DNA of 64,000 nucleotides from an uncultured Rhabdochlamydiaceae bacterium (GTDB lineage Bacteria; Chlamydiota; Chlamydiia; Chlamydiales; Rhabdochlamydiaceae): NCBI GenBank assembly GCA_963712275.1, contig CAVQHD010000001.1, positions 1,696,001 to 1,760,000 of the forward strand, read 5' to 3'. Shown piece by piece: positions 1 to 8,042 of this stretch (position 1 is its first letter; each line of letters starts with the position of its first letter). The notes under the pieces were generated by a model. It saw only the letters and a program-made list of their open reading frames with translations, ran no database searches and was not told where the DNA came from. The position numbers and the translations under genes were made by a program.

Positions 1-328
1 CTTCTGTGACTTTGAGCTGCTCCGTATACAACTTTGCCCAGTAGTAGAGGGCTCTTTTATCGTAGTCAGCTTCATCACTGATTTGAATTTCGATATTGAA
101 GCGCTTCCCATTTTTGCCTTCGGCTTTGATGTCTAAGATCGAGAGCTTATCGTCTCTAAAATTTTTAGGGTTATAAGGGTTTAAAAGGGTCACATCGGTG
201 ACTTGGTCTTCAGGTCCTACAATCGAGTTAATGAGCGAGATTAAGAGATCTTTATTCTCTTCAACACCAAAGATCTTTTTAAAGGCGATGTCGACGCGAG
301 GGCTGATTGTTTCTATGCATGACGCCAT
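1..328 (-). CDS. Rpn-family (PD-(D/E)XK nuclease / putative transposase) protein, 5' part only; runs off the window edge
   Basis: 1-380 is a near-identical reverse complement of ~51660-52039, which holds the start of the complete 300-aa paralog. ATG at 328. Confidence 0.85.
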   Translation of the reverse strand, partial: MASCIETISPRVDIAFKKIFGVEENKDLLISLINSIVGPEDQVTDVTLLNPYNPKNFRDDKLSILDIKAEGKNGKRFNIEIQISDEADYDKRALYYWAKLYTEQLKVTE

Positions 329-540
329 GGTTAAATTCTACACGAATGACATTTTTTTAAGTTGTAAATCTATTTTTTGAATCAATAGATCTTTGCTGTA
401 CGTCTCTCTTGCCTCCTTGCCTACCGTGTCCTCGTATTCCACTTTTTAAAACCGAATAATTTAAAATTAAATTACAATTAAATAAGTTATTATATTTATA
501 TTATTTATTAAAGTCTGTATAATATTACACACAAATCAAT

Positions 541-1614
541 TTGAAATTAAAAATGGTGTGTATGAATACAAAAAAATTTAAGACCTATCTACTTACTATC
601 CTCCTTTCTTTACCTCTAGTCTCTTGGAGCGGAGAAAGTAGTCCTACAGCCCCAGCATCGAATGAGCACGTCGTCAGAGCAGCTATCGATATTGGGTCAG
701 GAGCTACAAAACTAAAAGTAGCTAAAATTAATTTAAATACTCAGAAAATTGAAACCGTACTTGTTAACGAATCATTCTCTGTCCAATACCAAGAAGAGCT
801 TGAAAAATCCCCTGATGGAACCTTCAATGACCAGGTGATGAAAACCGGTCTTGAAACTCTTAAAAAAAGCTTAGAAATCGCTCAAAAGCACGGTGCAGAA
901 AAGGTCGTTGCCGTTGCGACAGCCTCTTTCCGCAATGCGGCAAACGTTCAGGATTTCATCGATCAAATCTATCGCGAAACCGACATCAAAGTCCATATCA
1001 TCGATCAACATCTCGAAGGAGCTTTAGGATTTCAAGCGGCAACTGCCCAAGTGAGTACTGACCCTAGCAATGTCGTTGTCTGGGACATTGGCGGGGGCAG
1101 TTATCAATTTACAACGTTAGACCGCAAAGGCAACGTAATTGTGCATCGAGGAATCGATGCTTCGATCCCTTTCAAAAACCATGTGATTAAAGAGATCAAG
1201 AAAGAAGATCTGAGTAAAACTTCAACTCCTAATCCTTTATCCAATGCACAACGGATTGACGCTCAGAAACACGCCGTTAATCTTTCAAAAAAGGTCGACA
1301 ACTTATTTAAAAAGAAAATTCGGCATCCCGATACAAAAGTTGTTGGAATTGGAAATATCTTCGCTTATGGCGTGCACCCTTTAGTTGGCAAAAAAAGCAC
1401 TTTCACTCAGAAAGACCTGCATGAAAAAGTTCAATGCCTCGAGGGAAAAAAAGATCACGATCTCGGCTCCGGCGCCTACGCAAACGTCGCTGTTACAAAC
1501 CCCATCTTAGTCTTGGGTTTTATGCAGACCTTAGGGATCGATCAAATGGACATCATTGACATTAATAATGCCGATGGCGCCTTACTTCATCCCCTCTTTT
1601 GGGAAGAGGCGTAA
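541..1614 (+). CDS. Ppx/GppA-family (ASKHA fold) phosphatase with a predicted signal peptide; true start probably ATG 553 or 562
   Basis: Motifs IDIGSGATK, ATASFRNAAN, EGALGF and WDIGGGS. Basic then hydrophobic N-terminus. Confidence 0.8.
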   Translation: MKLKMVCMNTKKFKTYLLTILLSLPLVSWSGESSPTAPASNEHVVRAAIDIGSGATKLKVAKINLNTQKIETVLVNESFSVQYQEELEKSPDGTFNDQVMKTGLETLKKSLEIAQKHGAEKVVAVATASFRNAANVQDFIDQIYRETDIKVHIIDQHLEGALGFQAATAQVSTDPSNVVVWDIGGGSYQFTTLDRKGNVIVHRGIDASIPFKNHVIKEIKKEDLSKTSTPNPLSNAQRIDAQKHAVNLSKKVDNLFKKKIRHPDTKVVGIGNIFAYGVHPLVGKKSTFTQKDLHEKVQCLEGKKDHDLGSGAYANVAVTNPILVLGFMQTLGIDQMDIIDINNADGALLHPLFWEEA

Positions 1615-1758
1615 GTAAGCTATTGCACCTATGCACATCGCTGCGGCCGCAATCAAAACAAGCTTGAGTGAGAGCAGCAGCAGTGCACCGCAACACACTC
1701 AGAACATCCAGTAAAGATGTATAACTAACTAAAAATCAATAAGATCTGTTATTTGCTA

Positions 1759-1861
1759 TTGTCAATTTTATGCAAAAAACTGTCATAAAACGCCAGTTTC
1801 TTGCATAAAATTGACAAACATGTTACTTTTAGGTTAGAAACTGTCATAAAACGCCAGTTTC
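1759..1861 (+). promoter_or_regulatory. Promoter/operator region of the AbiE operon
   Basis: 24-bp inverted arms at 1759-1782 and 1794-1817 (1 mismatch). Exact 24-bp direct repeat AAACTGTCATAAAACGCCAGTTTC at 1777-1800 and 1838-1861. TTGACA at 1811-1816. Confidence 0.65.
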
Positions 1862-1873
1862 GGGATTGAAATT

Positions 1874-2488
1874 ATGCTATTAGAGTATCCAAAGCCTTAC
1901 ATTCACGACGCAGCGCTTGCCATTATCCTCGGGGGAAGTGAAGACCGTCGCTATTCATGGGTAAAACGGGCTCTGCGAGAAGGGAATCTGACACGTTTGA
2001 GAAGGGGCCTATATCTGATCGGAAAAAAAGATTCTCCTCTGCTCAATTCTTATGAAATTGCCCAACAACTTTACGGTCCTTCCTATATCAGCTTCGAATC
2101 TGCTCTATCCTATCACGGATGGATTCCCGAGGCTGTTTATACAACAACGAGCGCTAGCGCTAAAAGAAGCCTTTTAGTTCAGACCACGATCGGCATGTTT
2201 AGCTACGAACATACACCTCGAGACCAATTTTTTATGGGTGTCGAGCGCAAAGAGATTCAAGATAGTGTCTATCTTGTTGCGCACCCATGGAAAGCTCTAG
2301 CAGACTATATGTATGCCCGCCGCAAAAAATGGAAAAACTTTGCTGAAGTCATCGAAGATTTGCGATTAGATGAATCCAGAGTTGAAACAGCTGATAAAGA
2401 AACGCTTGAAGAAATTGCTCGTTATTATCACAGTCCCCGAGTACGTCGTTTTGCTCAAGTAATTCTTAAGGAGAACAAATGGATATAA
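1874..2488 (+). CDS. Type IV toxin-antitoxin antitoxin, AbiEi-like transcriptional regulator
   Basis: LTRLRRGLY wHTH segment and PSYISFESALSYHGWIPE motif. Overlaps the downstream AbiEii-like gene. Confidence 0.85.
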   Translation: MLLEYPKPYIHDAALAIILGGSEDRRYSWVKRALREGNLTRLRRGLYLIGKKDSPLLNSYEIAQQLYGPSYISFESALSYHGWIPEAVYTTTSASAKRSLLVQTTIGMFSYEHTPRDQFFMGVERKEIQDSVYLVAHPWKALADYMYARRKKWKNFAEVIEDLRLDESRVETADKETLEEIARYYHSPRVRRFAQVILKENKWI

Positions 2489-3678
2489 AAATGATTGAAG
2501 ATAAACTAAAAAAATACCAGCCTCGGACCAAACAAGAAGAAAAAAATGCTTTGCGCGAAATTGCCCAAGCAATTGCTCTTTGTGGTTTAGCACGGGCGGA
2601 TTTCTTCAAACATGCTTCCTTTATTGGAGGCTCTTGTTTGCGGATTGTCCATGGTCTTCAACGTTTTTCAGAGGATCTCGATTTTTGGACGCTCCAATCT
2701 GGTCCTGATTTTGCATGGCAGCCCTATCTTCGGGCTGTTCAAGAAGAGTTTAAAGCCTATGCCTTCGATATGACCATTGAGGATCGAACGCAAGCAGATG
2801 CCAAAATCAAACGAGCTTTTTTAAAAAAAGACTCTATCGGCAAAGTATTGATCTTAACTCACTCGCGCGCATTTGAAGCCAATGAAAAACTATCCATTAA
2901 ATTCGAAATTGACACTCATCCCCCTTCAGGAGCGCATTTTGAATCAAAGAACATGGAATTTCCTTGTACATTTCCTATCACAGCACTTGATCGACCGAGC
3001 TTATTTGCAAGTAAAGTGGCTGCTCTATTTGATCAAAAACAAAAAGGACGTCATTGGTACGATTTCTCTTGGTATATTTTTCATCAATGGCCGCTTAATT
3101 TTACCCTATTGGGAAACTGCCTTTCAATGCATCCTCAAGAAGTCACACTTCCATGGCTCCAGCAACAATTAGCTAGAATCGTCGAGTCTATGGACTGGAA
3201 GTCGTTAAAAGAAGATGTGCGTCCGTTCATCTCGCTGGAAGAACAAGAAACACTCAATTTATGGAACAAGATGTTCTTTTTAGGTTATGTAGAAGGCTTA
3301 GAGTATTTAAAACCTGTGCCAATTTCTCTTGGAGCTTTAATTGCAGATGGCAAAGGGAAACAGCTGATCGAACAGGTCAAAGAAGCTTTGGCAGCGGGAG
3401 CCTCTATTAACGATGATACTCGTAACGGCCATCGTCCACTACAACTGGCTTTAACGAATGGACATAAAGAAATCGCTCAATTACTAATCGAACACGGCGC
3501 CGATATTAACTATCGCGATCGCAGTGGACAGACGCCTTTGCAAGCTGCCGTCAATCACGGACAATTTGAAAATGCAAAACTCTTGATCCAAAAAGGAGCC
3601 CCATTCAACCCTCAAGGACCGAACCTAGGGTTCGTCCATGAAAAGCTCTACGAATTTCAGCTTTTTTGGCAAAAATAA
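2479..3678 (+). CDS. AbiEii-type nucleotidyltransferase toxin fused to C-terminal ankyrin repeats
   Basis: FIGGSCLR...RFSEDLDF, KFEID, SKVAAL and KGRHWYD motifs. Then GHRPLQLA..GHKEIAQLLIEHGADIN and GQTPLQAA..GQFENAKLLIQKGA. SD AAGGAG. Confidence 0.85.
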   Translation: MDIKMIEDKLKKYQPRTKQEEKNALREIAQAIALCGLARADFFKHASFIGGSCLRIVHGLQRFSEDLDFWTLQSGPDFAWQPYLRAVQEEFKAYAFDMTIEDRTQADAKIKRAFLKKDSIGKVLILTHSRAFEANEKLSIKFEIDTHPPSGAHFESKNMEFPCTFPITALDRPSLFASKVAALFDQKQKGRHWYDFSWYIFHQWPLNFTLLGNCLSMHPQEVTLPWLQQQLARIVESMDWKSLKEDVRPFISLEEQETLNLWNKMFFLGYVEGLEYLKPVPISLGALIADGKGKQLIEQVKEALAAGASINDDTRNGHRPLQLALTNGHKEIAQLLIEHGADINYRDRSGQTPLQAAVNHGQFENAKLLIQKGAPFNPQGPNLGFVHEKLYEFQLFWQK

Positions 3679-3781
3679 AGGAAGGCGCAATCTGTTGATT
3701 ATCCGACGCTAAATCTACCTTCACAGTAGACCGAAATGGTTGTTTTCATTAAAATTTTGCATGGCAATTTAAGGAGACTCA

Positions 3782-3973
3782 ATGGGTCAAGAAGAAGACG
3801 AATCGTCTCCAGACGAGCAATGGAATGTGCTTTTTGATCTGCTGGAAGAGCTGCCACAAAATACACGGCAAATGGTGGGAAATCTGAAAACCGCTCATAA
3901 GTTTAAAAGCGGGCTAGCCCGCCTTCTTAAGCTAGGAAGAAAAGAAGGCATTTCTGGAAAGAAGGAAGGATGA
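3782..3973 (+). CDS. Small hypothetical protein translationally coupled to the RecQ gene
   Basis: SD AAGGAG at 3771-3776. ATGA overlap with the RecQ start. Confidence 0.5.
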   Translation: MGQEEDESSPDEQWNVLFDLLEELPQNTRQMVGNLKTAHKFKSGLARLLKLGRKEGISGKKEG

Positions 3974-6084
3974 ACGATCAATTCCACGCGCTTTTGCAAG
4001 AGAAATTCGGAATGGAGGCCTTTCGGCCGGGGCAGCTTGAGGCAATGCAGGCTCTGCTTGAAAAGAGCCGCCTCCTCTGCATCCAGCCGACGGGCTATGG
4101 TAAATCGCTTCTCTATCAACTCCCCTCTTGTCTTCTCGGAGGGATAACACTGGTTATTTCTCCCTTGCTCGCCCTCATGCGAGATCAAATTGACCAACTG
4201 ACCCACCGCTTTCAGATTGCCGCTGCTTCCATCAACAGCGACCAGACCGATGAAGAAAACGATCTTGCGAGGCAGAAGATTGTTGCCGGCGAGGTGCAGA
4301 TTCTCTTTACATCACCTGAACAGCTTGACCATATCGATCGGTTCGAATTTCTCCTAGGGCTTCCCATCACGCTTTTGGTCATCGATGAAGCCCACTGCAT
4401 CTCAACCTGGGGGCACGACTTTCGGCCTAGCTACCGCCATATCCTTCAGTTCAGTCAAGCTCTTAAAAAGGCACACCCTGAGCTCAAAATTCTGGGTCTG
4501 ACGGCGACAGCCGATGGGCGTGTTGAAAAAGATATTGTGAGGCAGCTCTCCTCAGTGCAAGAACAGGTGCATGTTTGGCGCGAGAAAATGGATCGCCCTA
4601 ATATTCACCTCTCCGTCATACCTGTGGAGGGGACCGCCGCCAAGCTTGCCCTTTGCCAAGCCCTCTTAGCTGAAGAGCCCGTTGCAAAACTCCAATTTGG
4701 GGCCAAATCATCGAATTTGGCCTCCAAAGCGAATTTTGCAACGGGATTTAAACTCTCCGGCCATGGCCTTATCTACTGCGCCACGCGCGAAAATGCGGAG
4801 CTTGTCGCTGAATATCTTCACAAACAAGGGGTTTCGATCATCGCTTATCATGCGGGGCTCGAGTCGGAGGAAAAGCGTCAAATTCAGGCTGGTTTTTCAC
4901 AAAACACTTACCGCGTTATCGCTGCCACGACTGCCCTCGGGATGGGCATCGATAAGAAAGATCTCCGCTTTATCATCCATTTCGATATCCCTGGCTCGAT
5001 CACCGCTTACTATCAAGAAGTGGGACGCGCAGGGCGCGATGGGCTTAAGGCAGACGGCATCCTGCTCTATGACAAAGCTGATCGAAAGGTGCAAGATTAT
5101 TTCATCGATTCGGCCCTGCCGTCAGAAGAAGATTTTCAAGCGGTTTTAAATGCTGTCCGCTCAGCAGATACGCCTCCTCACCTGAGCTTGATCAAGCGGC
5201 TCACAGGCCTTCACCCGACGCGTGTGACGATCGTTCTCGCTGAACTTCTCGAACAGCAGTTCCTGAAAAAAGAGAGCGTGAGAGGAGTTCAAGTCTATCA
5301 CATTCATCAGGAGGGGCAGCCGCTTAACTTAAGCCGCTATACAACCCAGCACCTTGTCAAAAGTGAAGAGCTCAGCAAAATCATCGCCTATGCTGAGCAA
5401 AAAACCGATTGCCGCATGGAGCTGCTGCGCCATGCTCTCGGCGACCTTGCAGCTACACCGTGCGGTCGGTGCGATGTGTGCCAAAAACAAACACCGCTTG
5501 CTGCGTCTGACGCAGATGACGCCTTGGGTTGGCTCTCCATGCGAACGATCCCCATTGCCGCCGCAAAAACACACCACATCTCGTCTGGCCTTAGCCTCTT
5601 CGATGGTAAACTGCGCATGCCCCTTTTTCTCCGCTTCATGAAAGGGAGAGCTGACACTGCAGAGGCCGATCCTGAAATTTTATCCTTGCTGCTAAAGCAG
5701 GCTTCATCTCTTGTTTCTCCTATTGAAGCTGTCGTGCCTCTCCCCTCTAAAACATGGAAAGCAGGCTTAAGCTTTGCCAAGGCGCTCGCCGAGCATCTTA
5801 ATGTCCCTCTTTTCCCTGATCTGCTTGCTTGGAAAACCTCTCCTGAAAAGCGGCAGGGGGAGCTTCTCAACAATGACCAAAGATACCATAATGTTCATGA
5901 AAAGATGGAAGCTAATAGTATAAGGATTTCTTCAGGGGCCTTGATCCTTTTCGATGATTACATCGGCTCGGGTGCAACAATCAAAGAAGCTGCGCGGTGC
6001 TTGCGCAAAACGGTTGATAATCCGCTGATTCCCCTCACCATCGCCTCTGTAAAATGGCGCCTTGGTAAACCAGGCTTTATCTAA
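3970..6084 (+). CDS. RecQ-family helicase with C-terminal phosphoribosyltransferase-like domain (RqlH-like architecture)
   Basis: QPTGYGKS, DEAHCISTWGHDFRP, TATA and YYQEVGRAGRDG motifs, Zn cysteines CR..CGRCDVC, and C-terminal LFDDYIGSGATI. Confidence 0.9.
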   Translation: MNDQFHALLQEKFGMEAFRPGQLEAMQALLEKSRLLCIQPTGYGKSLLYQLPSCLLGGITLVISPLLALMRDQIDQLTHRFQIAAASINSDQTDEENDLARQKIVAGEVQILFTSPEQLDHIDRFEFLLGLPITLLVIDEAHCISTWGHDFRPSYRHILQFSQALKKAHPELKILGLTATADGRVEKDIVRQLSSVQEQVHVWREKMDRPNIHLSVIPVEGTAAKLALCQALLAEEPVAKLQFGAKSSNLASKANFATGFKLSGHGLIYCATRENAELVAEYLHKQGVSIIAYHAGLESEEKRQIQAGFSQNTYRVIAATTALGMGIDKKDLRFIIHFDIPGSITAYYQEVGRAGRDGLKADGILLYDKADRKVQDYFIDSALPSEEDFQAVLNAVRSADTPPHLSLIKRLTGLHPTRVTIVLAELLEQQFLKKESVRGVQVYHIHQEGQPLNLSRYTTQHLVKSEELSKIIAYAEQKTDCRMELLRHALGDLAATPCGRCDVCQKQTPLAASDADDALGWLSMRTIPIAAAKTHHISSGLSLFDGKLRMPLFLRFMKGRADTAEADPEILSLLLKQASSLVSPIEAVVPLPSKTWKAGLSFAKALAEHLNVPLFPDLLAWKTSPEKRQGELLNNDQRYHNVHEKMEANSIRISSGALILFDDYIGSGATIKEAARCLRKTVDNPLIPLTIASVKWRLGKPGFI
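4675..4748. mobile_element. Internally deleted palindromic MITE inserted in frame in the RecQ gene
   Basis: CCCGTTGCAAAA...TTTTGCAACGGG hairpin. Both halves match the ends of the element at 45871-46038. Flanks TGAA/TAAA look like a decayed 4-bp TSD. Confidence 0.8.
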
Positions 6085-6928
6085 GAGTGTCGATTGAGAG
6101 CGCAATGCAGAGTGCTGTCACAGTCACGAGGGAGAAAAGGAACATTTTGCGGGCCCACTGTGTGTCATTGGTACTTTTAAATCCCTGGATGCACAGCCGC
6201 AGCCAAAGAAGCCCTAGGAGAAGACTCACCCCTAAATACCCATACCCAGCAAAACCAAGTAAGGTCGGCATTGGTGCAGCGATTGTAAAAGCAGCGGTGT
6301 AAAGCAGCATCTGCACTTTAGTGACATGCATTCCCTTCTTAACCGGCAAAACCGGTATCGATGCTGCTGCATACTCCCTGAATCGGTATATGGCAATGGC
6401 AAAGAAATGGGGCATTTGCCAAAGAACAATGATTAAAAACAGCACAGCTGCCTGAAGATCAAGGCGACCGGTGACTGCAGAGTAACCTACCACCGGAGGA
6501 AGCCCGCCTGCGATGCTGCCGACAAGGGTCGCATGCGTTGAATGGTACTTCAAAAAACTATACACCACGATATACATAAAGAGGCCCGATAGCGCAATAA
6601 GAGCTGCTGTAAGGTTCACGAAAAAAACCAAGGTTGTAAGGCCTAAAATGCCAAGCAGCGAGGCAAAAACAATCGCATGTTGTACAGGAATGAGCCCCTT
6701 TGCAAGAGCGCGGTTTTTAGTCCTTGCCATCTTTTCATCGGAGGCACGGTCGATATAGTTATTGAAGACACACGCAGAGCCGATCACGAAGGAGAGGCCG
6801 AGAAGGGCGGCAAAAAGTAGCCAGATGTTGATGTGCCCTTTTGAAGCAAGCATAAACCCAGCGGTCGCTGTGATCACATTGCCTAAAATAATTCCCGGCT
6901 TAGTTAGTGTATAATATAGTTTAATCAT
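6077..6928 (-). CDS. cyoE: Protoheme IX farnesyltransferase (heme O synthase)
   Basis: LTKPGI, NNYIDRASDEKMARTKNR and WQMPHF motifs. Last gene of the cyo operon. Confidence 0.95.
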   Translation of the reverse strand: MIKLYYTLTKPGIILGNVITATAGFMLASKGHINIWLLFAALLGLSFVIGSACVFNNYIDRASDEKMARTKNRALAKGLIPVQHAIVFASLLGILGLTTLVFFVNLTAALIALSGLFMYIVVYSFLKYHSTHATLVGSIAGGLPPVVGYSAVTGRLDLQAAVLFLIIVLWQMPHFFAIAIYRFREYAAASIPVLPVKKGMHVTKVQMLLYTAAFTIAAPMPTLLGFAGYGYLGVSLLLGLLWLRLCIQGFKSTNDTQWARKMFLFSLVTVTALCIALSIDTLR

Positions 6929-6960
6929 TGTAACTACTCACCTATCCCACTAGTAGAAGG

Positions 6961-7141
6961 AAGATCGGGCAAGGGAACGGGCACGGTAACGTTTACGAAA
7001 GAGGTTCCCTAAGCCATTTTTGTTAACTACGATAAAATCTTATCTTCATAGAATAGCAAACAAGCACCATTAATGGGGATAAAAAATTTGACTAACTTTT
7101 CTTTCGTGAACCTTACCGTGCCCGTTCCCCTACCCGATCTT
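6961..7141. repeat. MITE-like element with 42-bp imperfect terminal inverted repeats between cyoD and cyoE
   Basis: 6961-7002 matches the reverse complement of 7100-7141 at 38/42 positions. AT-rich interior. Confidence 0.7.
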
Positions 7142-7153
7142 TTTTCCTCTCAT

Positions 7154-7465
7154 TTACATCATCTGATAGTTGAGGTGATACATAATCCAAAGCGAACCAA
7201 AAACAACCAGGAGAAGCACGAGCGCCATAAAGAGAAAAACAAGCAAGTTCCAGTGCGGTTTCCCTTCCTCTCCAAGGTGCAGAAATAAGAGCAGTTGGAT
7301 GATTGCCTGCACACACCCAAGCCCGGCAGCCGTGAGCACAAGAGGCCAGCCTGCGAGCAGTTGCTCTGAGACGATAAAATAAGCTGCTCCGGTTAACATC
7401 AGAGAAAGGATGAGCCCCAAAATATACGATTTAACAGTTCCATGTTCGGTAGAGCTAGAATGCAT
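7154..7465 (-). CDS. cyoD: Cytochrome bo3 quinol oxidase subunit IV
   Basis: KSYILGLILSLMLT, QLLLFLHL and GSLWIMYHLN motifs; operon position. Confidence 0.95.
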   Translation of the reverse strand: MHSSSTEHGTVKSYILGLILSLMLTGAAYFIVSEQLLAGWPLVLTAAGLGCVQAIIQLLLFLHLGEEGKPHWNLLVFLFMALVLLLVVFGSLWIMYHLNYQMM

Positions 7466-7466
7466 C

Positions 7467-8042
7467 TTAAGTCACCCCCATCAAATAGACAATCGTAAAT
7501 ATAAAAATCCAGACGACATCTAGAAAGTGCCAAAATAGCCTTAAACACATCAACCTTTTAAGCGAAACAGGAGTCAGCCCCTTTCGTATGACGGGAATCA
7601 AAAGAACAACCATCCAGAATAACCCTGCTAAAATATGAAGCCCATGTGTCCCAACGAGAGTAAAAAACGCCGACAAGAATGCGCTGTGTTCCCAACCATA
7701 CCCCTCTCGAACAAAACTGGCAAATTCACTCAGCTCCATGGTCAAAAAAGCGATTCCAAGTAAAAAAGTCGCCCCAAACCAAGCAAGCAGCTTGCCGCGG
7801 CTAATATTAATCATGGCAAGGCCCACAGTAAAGCTGCTCACTAACAGGATTAACGTCTCAGCGAGTGCGTACGGAAGGCTAAATAACTCTCTGCCAGAAG
7901 GTCCTCCGTTTGTGCCCTGATGAAGAACTGCATAGGTCGCAAAGAGTGTTGCAAATAAAATACAGTCGGTCATCAGATAGACCCAAAAACCAAATAGGGT
8001 CTTTGAGTCGTCATGGGAATGCGCTGGGGCAGATTCTATCAT
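7467..8042 (-). CDS. cyoC: Cytochrome bo3 quinol oxidase subunit III
   Basis: [25 protein letters not shown] and FWHFLDVVW motifs. Confidence 0.95.
   Translation of the reverse strand: MIESAPAHSHDDSKTLFGFWVYLMTDCILFATLFATYAVLHQGTNGGPSGRELFSLPYALAETLILLVSSFTVGLAMINISRGKLLAWFGATFLLGIAFLTMELSEFASFVREGYGWEHSAFLSAFFTLVGTHGLHILAGLFWMVVLLIPVIRKGLTPVSLKRLMCLRLFWHFLDVVWIFIFTIVYLMGVT

Noticed and set aside
198..380. 60-aa ORF and its twin at 51621-51809
   Set aside because: Antisense shadows of the duplicated Rpn 5' region.
1600..1700. Hydrophobic minus-strand frame (CCGALLLLSLKLVLIAAAAMCIGAIAYL)
   Set aside because: Preceded by an in-frame stop with no credible SD or promoter. At most a gene remnant.
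1777..1861. CRISPR-like repeat-spacer-repeat (24-bp repeats, 37-bp spacer)
   Set aside because: Only two units, no cas genes in the window, and the spacer contains the -35 box and a hairpin arm. An operator explains it better.
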